Shown: positions 49,601 through 61,600 of the stretch, in pieces
Position numbering within the stretch: position 1 is the stretch's first letter
How the letters are laid out: every line of letters starts with the position of its first letter
Assembly: GCA_013265495.1 (NCBI GenBank)
Contig: MU061804.1
Location: 186,001-250,000 of the forward strand
From: Vicugna vicugna
Lineage: Eukaryota
Length of the DNA stretch: 64,000 bases
Reading direction: 5' to 3'
Made by a program: the position numbers and the translations under genes
The notes under the pieces: model-generated
Seen by the model: the letters and a program-made list of their open reading frames with translations, nothing else
Database searches by the model: none
What the model was told of the DNA's origin: nothing

Positions 49601-52600
49601 GAGAGATCCTGTGGTACCCAGGCCATTCCAGATTTTTTTTTTTTTTTGCAAGAAGTAATTTCTTAATGCAAAGTGTGAAAAGATACCTAAATACGATGTG
49701 GATTTTTAGGTGAAAGCACATGTACATGATTCTGTTCATAAAGATTAGCACAGTAATCAAGTCCACAACAATGAGAAACACCAACAGCAAGTCAGCACTG
49801 ATGAAGACGTCCCTCTGGGGCCACAGTTCGCCCTGGACCCCTTGTCGCTTAGTCCTTCTTAGTCCTTTCCTTGGACTTCAGTCTGGGTCCGCGTACCCTG
49901 CGTGACTGGGTGCCTGCATTGTGTTTCGTTTTCTGTGTGAAAATGTCATCAGCTGCTGCTTTGGGGTGGACCATCTCCTGGGGGTCCTCTACGCACTTCC
50001 ACACAGGTCCTGGCTTGTCATCCACGGGACGCAGGGACAGGATTTCTACAAGACTGAGGAGCCGCACTGGCACTGTAGGAACCTCCCCTTCAGGACCTGC
50101 CCCCAGGCTTCCACTGCTTCCTTCCCAGAACCTGCCCGAGAGGGGCTGGCCCTCCCACATCGGCCAGGCCATGCCTGCGGTGCTCACCAGCGAAGGGCCT
50201 GGCAGGCCGCCGGATGCGATGCGCAGTCTCCGTGCAGCGATCCGAGCAGCCCCCAGTGGTCCACCGCATCTGCTCGCCTCCCTCCCTGACCCTGCTGTGT
50301 TGCCTGCAGATCATCCAGCGGCAGCTGGAGCAGGTGGAGGAGAAACAGCGGCAGCTGGAGGAGAGAGGGGTCGCCGTGGAGAAGGCGCTCCGAGGGGAAG
50401 CAGGTACAGCCTGGGTCCCTGGAGAAGAGGTCTCTCCTATGGGGAGCCACCCACCCCATGGGAGGCTAGTGTCACGACGCCTCCCAGGAAGTCAGCTGCT
50501 TTTCCAGCAGGTTCTCTGGGTCCCCTCGTTACTGAGACCTGGGGCTTCTGATCCTTGGAGGAGCAGGAAGGCACCTGTGTGTGGCTACCCTCCGCCCGTC
50601 TCAGGCCTCGCCCTCCCCTCATTCCCCGTCCTCTGCTGCTGGCACCCTGGGCCACCTCCCTACTCCCACCCCTTCCCATCAGCTTCTCGAGGAGATTGAC
50701 TGGGAACGAGGGAGGCTGTACACAAGGAACCATCACAGAACTGCACGCACAGGGCCCCTCCTGACCCCACAGGGCCTCTCCTGTGGCCAAGAACAGACTT
50801 CCCAGTGTGGACCCAGGCTCTGTCCTGGAGCCAGTCACTCAGGGCAGAGCCCTTACAGAGGAGACCCTGGGAAGTGGCTGTGAGGGCCTTGTGCTGGTGA
50901 CTGTGCTTCCCAGGGCAGAGCCACGGGGCTGCTGTCACGCTGCTGTCCCCAGAGCTGATGAGTGGGCCTAGCAAAGTCACGCTCCAGTAAAGCAAGGAAG
51001 CCTTCTTGGTTCAGGCCCTTGAAACCACTGGGCCGGCCCCAGCTGTGGCCCCAGCCCAGGCATGGGGAGACCCTCTGCCTTCTCCAGAGGCCCTGGGTCT
51101 CAGTCCGGGGTCTGGATAGGGAGCCTCCATCCCTCTGTGGAGAGCAGGGCCTCAGCCAGGGGGCTGGGATGCAGACAGGCAGTGACCTGATTTGTGGCAG
51201 CCCCTCCTGCTCCCTCACTCTGGTATGACGGAGGGGTGGGGTCTCCAGGTGGGCAGGCTGTCTATAGACTGAAAGAGGACCAGGAGGACCATGAATGCAG
51301 CCTGTTGCTGCCTGTGCTCTTGCTGGAATACTGACTGGTGGCTGGCTGCTGAGTGAGTGCTAGTATCAGATGCGTCCGTGGTGACCGCTGCTCCTGGGCA
51401 CAGTCAGGTCAGGCCCAGAAGTGGGTCTCCTTTCCAGGCCCCTCACGGCCATGAAATGCAGCTGACGGTTGACTCAGGGATGATTTTCGGGTGAAGAAGT
51501 GGGACCAGGCAGAAAGATGAGGCTGTGGTGTCCTGGGTTTGTGCCTTACCTGGCACTTGACTCACTGCCGAAGCCCAGGCCACCAGACAAGGTGTGGAAA
51601 CTTGACCCACTCAGCAGCCAAGAGGCCGGCAGCCGGGGGTGTGTGCGCACAAGGCAAGCGGCCCCTGTGCCGGGAGCAGGCGTGCCCCTGGCAGGCCCCC
51701 CACGCTTGCTTCTGCTCCCTGCCCTGCATGCTCTGAGCCCTGGAGGAAGTTGGCCAGACCCCACCAGAGACGCCCGGCCCCGGCGGTAACAGGACCCGCA
51801 GGCCCTGCGCTTGCTGCTCGCTCTAGGGACAGAGATGCCGAAAGGGACCTGACCTGGCCTGGCGACGCTCCCGCTCACCTTCCCTGCAGATCACTCCTGC
51901 CCAGGTGGAAGGTGCGGTAGGTCTCCCCACACTGAGTCACAGTCACAGTCAGAGTAGGTCCTCGAGGAAGACACCCTGCCTGCTCCTCACAGGCTCCGCG
52001 TTCCTGGCGGGCGCCCAGGTCGATGGCTCCATGAGGCACTGGTGCACCTGTCGGCTGCCCTGCCTTTGTCCTTGGTGGCCCCACAGTATTTGCATGACAG
52101 GCCGAGATGCTCAGACTGCTGCCTGCCCAGGGGTCAGAGAAGACAAACCGCTGAAGATTGGCCTGGGATTTTGCCAAAATCCTCCTTTCTAGTTATTTAG
52201 ATAATTACCCTTCCATAAAAATATACAACCAGATTTTCATCTGAGTCAGTGGTTTTCAGACTTGTCAGCAGCAGAATGGTTTTCTACAAACCAAGTTATA
52301 AGTTCAAGTTCAAAGTGAAAAAAAATTAAGTGTTAGTAAACATGAATTTGAAAACGCAGGTTAATAACCTCAGCATCCAGCCCCTCACTGGATGCAGGTG
52401 ACACACACAGGCCATTGCTGTAAGCGGGGCAGGTTGTCTGCAGCTCTGGAACCTTAGGACGTGAGCAGCATGAAGTCTGGGTGCTCGAAGCTGCAAGTGG
52501 AGCAGCGGGAGTTGTTCTCACAGCGGAATCACTAACAAGTCCAACAGCAGTTCAAATTCCTTACGAAGAACGGACCTCAGATAAAAGCTCCCAGACGGAC

Positions 52601-55600
52601 AGAGAACAGAACTGCTGTGCCGTGTGCTGTGGCTCCTGCGACCCCTGGCGGGACGCCCCCGGCAGGCTCCCCGCGAGACTCTGCTTGCAGGCCGGGGTTG
52701 AAATCGACCATTCACGTGTCCTCGTCCCACACATCACAGGCAGGACAGACACTCACACGCCGAGGGTGGAAGAAGCCTGGTCCTGAGGGCCTCACAGAAG
52801 CGAGTTTACCTGGCAGCACAGATTAACGTGTCAGTGGGCTTCCGAGAGTCACAAGTTGGCAGAGCAAAGATTCGAATGTGGTGTGTCTTATTCAGGCTTT
52901 TCAATGATGAGTTAAAAGTATTTGTGAATCGGATATTTGGGAGAGTGCTGGAGCACCCCTTGAAGGACCTGAGGGTTCCACAGAGCAGGATGCAAGCCAC
53001 TATTCTGGTCTAGAGTTTGCTAATAAGCAAGGCTTCCCAACCTCTACCCAGAAACACGTCTCCTGATTCAGAGATGGGCTGTGGTGCCTCCTTTGGGAGA
53101 TTCCCATGATACATTTGGGAAATGCTCCAGATGGAGCATTTTGACCCCAGGAATGTATTTCCAAATGCTTTACTTTGCTTTTTTTTGTTTTAAGCACATC
53201 GCTTCCTAGTCTCCCTTTTGTCAGAAGCCTCAGTGGCTCTGTCCTTGCCCTGCGGAGCTCGTCTCTGAGGCTCAACTTTGCACATTGCGCCTGGCTCTCA
53301 CTGAGCGGGCGGTCCGGAGTTCTCTGGACTGGTCAGCTCCTTCCCTGAGCCGGCCGCTCGGTCTCACCTGAAGGCTCTCTGAGGGGTCAGGCTGATAGCC
53401 ACACTGCCCTTGCAGAGAAGAACTCTGAGGTGGACGTGCCAGCCTGTTGACCTCAACATGTTTGAGGCTCCTGAACATCTGGACTGCAAGGTTAGGTTCA
53501 GAGCCTTCAAGTCTTGGCAAGACTGAGACACACAGATTCTGGCTGGGGGCACCGGGGAAGCCTTCTTTGTTTCTGGAACCCTGACTCAGGGTCAGCCTCA
53601 AGCATGAGCTAAAGAGCCACCAGAGGGTTACCTCTTGCTTTCTGGTGCATGTGCCCTCGAAGGGGAGCACTCGAGTGGGACCAGGTGCTGCAGGGCCAGC
53701 TGTCAGACTGTGGTTTGGAGGGAGGGTGGCGAACACTCTGTGTTTTGGGCTTGTTTATGGTCCCAGGGGGATGCCCTCAGCAGCGCCTGTGTTGGGGTCC
53801 CGGGTGAGCGAAGAATGTGCTTCTGGCTAGGCCGCCACGGAGCTAAATGCTGGCTGCCTGGATAGTCACCACTGGCTTCCTGCCCTTAGAGGAGGCTGGC
53901 AACATGAGGAGCCTGGGCTCAGAAGAAACATGGTCTCCTTCATCTCAAACCCATCCAACAAAAGTGGTTCTGCTGCCCGCTGGGGTCCCCATGCTGTGGG
54001 TGAGCCGAGGGCTGGGGTTCCCGTGCTGTGGGTGAGCCGAGGGCTGGGGTCCCGGCACAGCTTCTTTAGAGTGTTCACATCTTGCCTTCAGCCCCTCAGC
54101 TTGGGGCTCCTGAAATTCGGAAACTAAGGAAGTCAGTAGCCCTAATCTGCCCTTGAATCTTTTAAAGTTTTCTTAATTGGATGAGGTTGAGTCCCAGCGG
54201 GATTCCCACAGAGCCAAAACCTCCATCCTGATTGGAGGTGTAACCAGGAATTGCACAGTAATTGGCTGTCCATACTGTGCCCTGTGGTTTTGTGCCACCT
54301 GTCCCTCCAGGAGGCCTACAGCTGCAGCATGTGTGTGTACACCACGAGTGTGCACGAGTCTCTCGGAGGGAGATGCGTGCTCTGCCTGCTGCCCTTCATC
54401 CACCTGCTGCATCTTTGGGTGCTTCTTACGCTGCAGGCCACTGATTGCTTGGGGCTGGGGGACAGGAGGGTGTCTGATCAGTAACTCTCTCACCGATTCC
54501 TTGTAGACTATTGGGGAGAGTCTTGTTACAGTGAGCTCGTCGACTTGCACCTGGGTGGTATGTATGCAGCATCTGCTGGCGACACTAACCCTGCTGGCGC
54601 GCCCCCCCCCCCCGCCTGCTCCAACACGCAGGGCTCAGCCCATAACCCGTGGCAAAGCACAGGCCCTCTTCCAGCTCAGATGGGGCGGCGTGTGTGCTGC
54701 AGGCAGGCTTGGCGTAGCTTTGCTGCCCAGGGTTATTTGATTTCTTGTAATCAAAGCTCACCCACCCCAGCCCATCACCCTCGCACCTGCGTCCTGTTCC
54801 CTCTGATGTCTCCGAGTTGTTTAACAGCAGTGGCGACAGACAGTCGCACACACGCGCGCTGGTGTGACGTCTGCCTGAATCCCATCCCTCATGACTTGTG
54901 TCACATCCACTAGGAAGCTCACTGCCCGCCACACGCAGGAACCACGCACGTGAGGAGTCACGCCCACGTTTCCCCTGAAAGAGCGTGTGGGTGAGAAAGG
55001 TCGCCTGTGCTCTGCCTCAACTGACCAGAGGCTATGATGACAGATACCTGTAAGAATTCCCGCTCTCCTTGCTCTGTCCGGGGACTGCTTTGCAGCTCCT
55101 TTAAACACAGACAGGGAATGTCCGGGGTAGTGGTTCTCAGCATGTGGTCCCCGGCCAGCAGTGCCAGTATCACTTGGGAAAGCGTGGGGAATGCAGAGTC
55201 TCAGGCCCCACCTGAGACCTTCCAAATCGGGAGCTCTGGAGCAGGGGCCTGATTACTGTTCCAACAGAGCTTCCAGGCGATTCTTAAGTAGGAGAGCCTG
55301 CTGTGTTAGGTTCACACCTTCTACAGTGGGAGCGGAGCTCAGTGTTCTTGGTGTCCAGCTGTATGAAGCTCACCGCTGGTGCTGCGTGAAAGAAACACCA
55401 GCACAGAGGCTCACCTCCAGACCGTGGGCAGTTGCCCTCCTGTCGGGAGCTGTGCCAGGCAGGCAGCGGCTCCCAGGGGGCCTGGCGCCTTCCTGAAGTC
55501 CCGTTGTCCGGGCCTCCTTATCCACCTGTGCAGGCAGCTTGCCTGGAAGTTTTCTTAAAACAGAACAGCTGGCAAAGGTCATTCTCTCTCAGTTTTTACC

Positions 55601-58600
55601 ACAGTGTTTTTTTTAGAGTCACTTCTTGGCCCATTCATTTAATAACCAAAGCATGATTCTGTGATTCCGACTCTCAGGCAGGGCCACGTGCTTAGAGGAG
55701 TTCCACCGATACAGAAGCCGGCCCCGAGCTTCCTCCTCCACGGGCGGGCTGTAACTGGCCTCTGCTCTGGTCCAGGGCTCCGCCGCCATCCGTGTCCCTT
55801 CAGAGCCCTGGGGCTTCTGGACCAGGGGCTGCCACCTCGTGGCCACCGATGCTGTAAAAGGGCTGATGCTTGTGCCCCAGCTAACAGCCACCTCCCCCCA
55901 GCTAACACCCTGGGCTTCCCCACCCTCACTCTCTGCGTCCTGGGCTCCCTTCCCACCTCCTCCTGACTGTCTCTGGGGAACGTTTGTATCAATTCCAGAC
56001 GAATCTGAATATGTGAGGACTTTTTTGTTTAATTCAAAATCTTAGGAGGAGGGTGTAGCTCAGCGGTAGAGCGCATGCTTAACATGCACAAGGTCCTGGG
56101 TTCAATCCCCAGTGCCTCCTCTAAAAATAAGTAAATAGATAAACCTAGTTCTCTCCCTCCCCGCCCCCAATTTTTTTTTTTTAAATCTGGGAAGAACTGT
56201 CAAAACCCATTTCTTTAAAATTGTGTCATCCTTCCCTCACAGCTCGAATACTGTAGTCACACTGATTACATCAGGTGTCTAGTTCGGGGTTTTTTGCCCC
56301 TGTTACTTGAGTAGTTGGCTGTTTCCATTTCTCTGTCCCTGGACTCTAGCTACCGGCTTTCCAGGTCTAGAATTTCAACAGATTCCCGGGGAAAATGACA
56401 TAAATAGAAAAAGAAGCTCAGCGTGTCTCTGAAGTGCGGGCACCCACATCAGACGCTTTATAACCCCTGTGATGGTTCTCTTCCTCTGTGTCAGCCCTTG
56501 GTGACTCCTGTGTTAAGTCCAGACTTCCGCAGGCTCTGCTCACTGCACGGAGGCTGCTGCCCTTCCGAAGAGAGCACAGTCCTGGGCCCTCCCCCAGAAG
56601 CTCCGGGAGGAAAGCGTAGATGCCAGAATCAGACCCTTTTTCAGTTTCCGCTGATGTTTCATTCTTAGAGCACTCAGTAATATTTGGTATTTGGGGGCAA
56701 ATTTACCCTCCTGCAATGTGGAGCCTGCAATGTAGACCCTGATTGCTTCTCTGTACTGTACCCCCAAAGGGCCACACAGAAACCCAGCGCCCCTGTGCTG
56801 CGTGTGTGGACAAGAGGAGACCCGCCAGCCTCTGTCCCGGGCTCTGCCCAACCCCCGTCTGGCTCCTGCGGGGTCTCCGTGACCCTCAGCTCACAGTTAA
56901 AGGCGCTAAGCCTCTTAGAAGTATGTTCTTGAGCCGCAGAGTGTAAACGTCCCTTTGGCACAAGGCTGACCCTTGTGGTTTCAAAGGACCCACTGAAGGA
57001 CAGTGGTTGGGTCTGGCCGCCCAGCCGCTAGTCTTGTCGCCCTGGACCAGGTAGGCGGCAGGGGCTCGGCAGGTGAAACAGTCACCCTCCGAAGAGCTTT
57101 CTACTGAAAGTGCACGTGCCTCGTTCCAGTTTTCAAAGACCTCACTTCTTGATTTGTATGTGTCAAGAGGAAATGGAGAGCACGTGAGTGGTTTAGAAAT
57201 GCAGCTCCGAGCACTGGAGAAGGGGCTTTCGCTGTTGCTGTTGGAGGGGGAAGGGCAGGGAGGCCCCCGCTGCCTGCTCCCCACTCCTGAGCCTCCCCTT
57301 TGTGTTCACTTCACAGTTGATGCTGCCTGCTTTTTGGCTGGTCTGTTTGGTCTGAGCGTTAGCCTGGCTCTGTTTTTGCTTTAGGAACTTTAAATCCTTG
57401 AGGAGCCCCAGCTTTCCTGCGTGTGTGCGTCCCAGCCCGTGTGTGTATGTGTGTGTGTGTTGTATCTCAATTTTCACATTGTTTTTTCTTGCCTTTGTTT
57501 TTCCCTCAGTCTAGAGGTTCATTCTGTACTGAGTTTTTCTAACAAGACAGCTCCCCGGCCCTGTCGCATGTACGTAGGCGAGGCCCGTGGGGCCGGAAGC
57601 CTTGTGCCCTGCCACCCACCGCGTCGCGGCCTCCCGCAGCCCTGCAGACCAGCTGCGGGCTTCGGTGTGGCCCCAGGTGTGGACCGGGCATGCAGGCTGC
57701 CCTTGGGGCGGGCGTTGGTGCTTCGCAGGCGTGTGTGACCCTGGTCAGTCCTCCTGCTCCAGGCCACGTGACCTGGACGCCACAGGGGAGAAAGTCGGTG
57801 AGAGGCCCCGTTTTTCATGCCTGAAACACCAATAAATTCTCTTGCAAGTTTAATCTGCTAGACTGAGCTTGGGCACAAGAGGTGCCCCTGGTGTTTCCCA
57901 GGCCCTGGCCATTTCTATAATGTGACTTGGATAAAAGGTGTCAGGACGGAAATGCCCCGGAAGAGGACTGGGCAGGGACAGACCAGAGCTGGTGGTGGGG
58001 CCGGGTGTTGGGGGTAGGAGCCTGGGGCCTGGAGGCCGGGGCATGAGCGGAGCTTCCTGGAAGTGTGGCCGGAGGACGAGCTGCAGTGTCAAGATATATG
58101 GGCGCGGCTCTGAGCCCATGGAAGGTGATATCCTGTGATTTCTGTGAGCGGGTGCCTTGGAATTCTGACTTTTCACGTGGAAGTATAGTCATAAACTCAG
58201 CCCTTAGAAAAGCCCGTTTCCCTGCCGCTGTCCCTAGTGTCCGCACCTCTAGGGCACAGCCAGTGTCCCTGGGGACTTCTGGAACCCAGCTGTCTCCCGA
58301 GCAGGCCCCTCCCAGGTCTGCAGGCGCTGGCTGTGGAGACCCCTCCAGCTTGAGGCTGTGGGGAATCTCTTCTGTCCAGTAGAGGGACAGGGGCTGCCCA
58401 GGAGGGGAAAAGGGAGGCCCTGGGTGAGGCGGAGCCCCTTGGCTGCAGGCTGGCCCCCGCCATGCCCTCCTTTTGTCCAGGAACCCTTGAGGCAGGGCCA
58501 CCGGCCTGGCTTCTGCTGCAGCTGCTCTGTCTTTTGCTTCCAACCAGGACATTTTTCCTATTTTGGCTCTTAGAGAAAATGGCCTGATGCGTTTTAACTG

Positions 58601-61600
58601 GCACCATGCCCAGGGCATCAGACGTGCTCAGTGAACATTTCTTGTGTAATTTGGTAGTTTCTTACATGGTCCTTAAAATGAGCCCACGATCCTTATGAGG
58701 TGTTTCTGATTGTTTCTGACGTAGCACCAGTGTGGAAGCCAGTGGCTGCGTGGCCCCAGGCGGCGCTGCGTGGCCCCAAGCGGCGCTAGGTGACCGACCT
58801 GGAGGCCCGGAGCCCCAGGCGACCCCGTGCCAGCTGCTCGTCCCCGGTGGAGCTGGCCTGGTCCTGGCCCCTCCAGGCTTTACAACACTTCCGACCGAGG
58901 CCCCAAGCCCTTCTCTCCCTCAGTCTCGGAGGGTCTTGGGGTTTCAGCTCCCAGAAGGAAGGGGGTGGGGTCTGTCTGTGTCTCACTTGGACGCCAGATG
59001 CAATGTCTTGAGGGTTTGTCTGTCTTTTCCAGCTATCCTGATGTATGTTTCTGTTAGGCGATGGGGTGGAGGGGAGGATGCAGGGCTTTGGACAAAGCCT
59101 TTATGACGAAGCCAGAGGAAGCGGGAAACACAGGAGGCACAGGTGTTGTGAAGAGGGCGGGGGCTTGCTCTGAAGCTGCCGCTTCTGCCGCCGGGCCCGG
59201 GACCAGCCCTGGGCCACGCGGCCCTGTGGGAGCCCCTGTCGTAGGGCAGTGAGACCTGGCTCCACTGTGTCCGCAGCCAGTTCACTCACCCTCTCTGGGT
59301 CTCTGCAGAGACGGGGGAGAGTGACATGGTGCCCTTCCGGGTCTGCACTGGGAGTGGGCTGTGTGCGTGACTCCTGGAGGAAGGACCCCCGTCCGTCAGA
59401 GAGGACAGAAAGCCGGGTTCTGTTCAGGCTGCACCACCTTCAACCCCTCTGAGACTCAGGCCCCTCATCTGAAGACAGGAGCTGCAGGTGTGGGGCCACA
59501 GGGCCAGTGCAGGCCCAGAGGAGACGACAGCTGTGGGGGCCGGGGCTCCCTAGCAGCACGCTCACTCCCTGCTCCCTCGGGAACTTGTGGGGCCGACCCT
59601 GCTGTAGGTGAGACCCTGTAGCTTTCCCAAGTTCAGGGACCCGTGTCACCCGCCGGTGTTGCAGAGGGTGGGTGCCAATGGCATCATGTCTGCGGGCGAG
59701 CGTGCAGGACGCTCAGGGCCATGGCTGCCGCCGTCACCCGGACGTTACCCAGAAGCAGACGTGAAAAGTGTGACGAAGTCTCTTCCCTACAGCTAGTGGA
59801 CCGAGTCCTGTGTCCCACACGTCCCCAGGCAGGCAGGAGATGAGCTCTGTGTCAGTGGCTCTGAGCTTCCCCTTGCATGCTCACTTCGGGCTCGGGCTCC
59901 TGGAGCTCCTTTTGTCTGGCTGACTTCCCCCCTCAGTTTCTTCTTTTCAAACAGTACTTACTGGGTGCTTTTTCTGATCATAAAAGACGACGTGCTGTGG
60001 CAACAGCGGGGCTGTGGGGAGGGTGGAGGAGGGCTCGCAGCCGCACTGGTGTCGGCCCCCAACCCCGGCCTCTGAAATTTCTTGTCTGCTCTGCCGGTCG
60101 GCAAGAGGACTTCACGTCCTGAGTACTGTTCTGTCATCTCATGCGTCTTCTGTCCTGGACGGAGCATCCAGGGACGTGGTCTGCGTGATCGGGTCTAGAA
60201 GCTGTGCTTTGTGATGTCTGGAAGTGAACGGTCTTGACTGCACCTACAGGCACGTACTTCCTTTGGATGCATCTGGCTGTGTGTCGTGTCGCTGTCCCTT
60301 GCTAATGAGTGCAGCCTGTGTGTGTGACGTCAGAGGTGTGACCCTGCAGTTCTGGGTTTGTCCAGGCATCCCAGGCACCAGCGTGGAAACAAGAGAAGGT
60401 TGGGTGCAGATGAGCTACAGAGGGTGCTTGTAAGAGAGCAACCTTCTCGCCTCCCCAGCGCACGTGGTCACAGCCATGCCTCTGCAGACACTGGACATAA
60501 TCACTACACACGCACCACACACGCAGCCCCTGGCCTCAGTCCTGCAGTTTCACCCGGTGTCAGACTCATTGCCGTGCCCCGTGGAGAGTGGAGAAGTGCT
60601 GACAAGGAAGAGGCATCTGCTCTCGCCCTGTTGCGAAGTGAATGGCCTCTTACCCAGCAGTGTGTCTGCTCGGCCCTCCTGTTCCCCTGAACAGGGTTAA
60701 TTCTGACCACGGAGCCCCTACTCACCAGCCCACGTGGGCCTGTGGTTCTGTGATGGTCCCTTGCTGAGCGGCTCCCCGCTTCCTTGAGGGCCCCAGGCCC
60801 CCCAGCACCAGCGAGTCCTCTGCGCACTGTGTGCTCCCGGGGTCCCCGTCCGCCACTCTTCCCAGCTCCATTTCACTGAGTCTCTGGCCTGGCCTGTCAC
60901 ACGGCCCACAGTGTGATAGTGTCCCCGCCTGTGGCTTCACCTCTCTGCAGAGATGGAGAGCTGCCTCCATGGCAGCTGCCTCCAGGGCCAGGAGCTCCTC
61001 CCCGTGGGCACGCTGACCCAGCCGCAGACCCCCAGCCCTTGGACTCGTCCATGCGCGCTGACTTCTGGCCTGCAGGTTTTGGGTGTTTCTGAGAAGGGAA
61101 CCCAGAACCCAAAAGGCCACCGAATAGTGATTCCCAGATGTCACCCCCCGCGCAAGGAAGGACCAGAGCAGGCGGGAGCAGCCCACCGGCCCCGGGCCTG
61201 GGCCTGTTCAGTTTCCCGCTGGAGAAAGGACTTGATTCACTTGTAGACTGTGTTTCCCTTGCTTCTGCTTTTCCATTCTTGTATTTTTTCTTTTCCTCCT
61301 GTTCCTTTCTCACTTTTTATGCTTTTGTCCTCTGCTTGTTCTTACGTCACCTCCCCTGACCCTCTCTGCTCCACACTCCTCCTCTGTCTGTCTTGTCTCC
61401 TCCTCCTCCTCCTTGTTTGGCCCTTTTTGAAGTTGAGCCCAGTGGCGGGACTCCACGGCGTCGACCTCTCTCCTTCTGCCCTTGCTGTGTCCAGGAAGGT
61501 AACGTAACCCCGCTCCCCCCCTACTGCCTCCCAGGGCTCGTAGCAACACTCGTCCAAAGGGACCCGAAACCAGCTCTCTGCCCTCCCTCCTCTGACACTT

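Noticed and set aside
54177-54506. Cys-rich 109-aa ORF ending at the 51-nt exon acceptor
   Set aside because: Cys richness comes from TG-rich intronic sequence; no recognisable domain or splice support.
56045-56120. tRNA-like sequence
   Set aside because: It has A and B boxes but continues into a SINE body and tail, so it is a SINE head and not a tRNA gene.
57139-57183. Segment ending in a good CAC|gtgagt donor inside the bMERB intron
   Set aside because: Every candidate acceptor gives either a stop in the required phase-1 frame or a non-3n length.
59955-60022. Strong acceptor cttttcaaacag in the bMERB intron
   Set aside because: Phase-1 reading hits TGA after 7 codons and the donor is unconvincing; at most a cryptic site.
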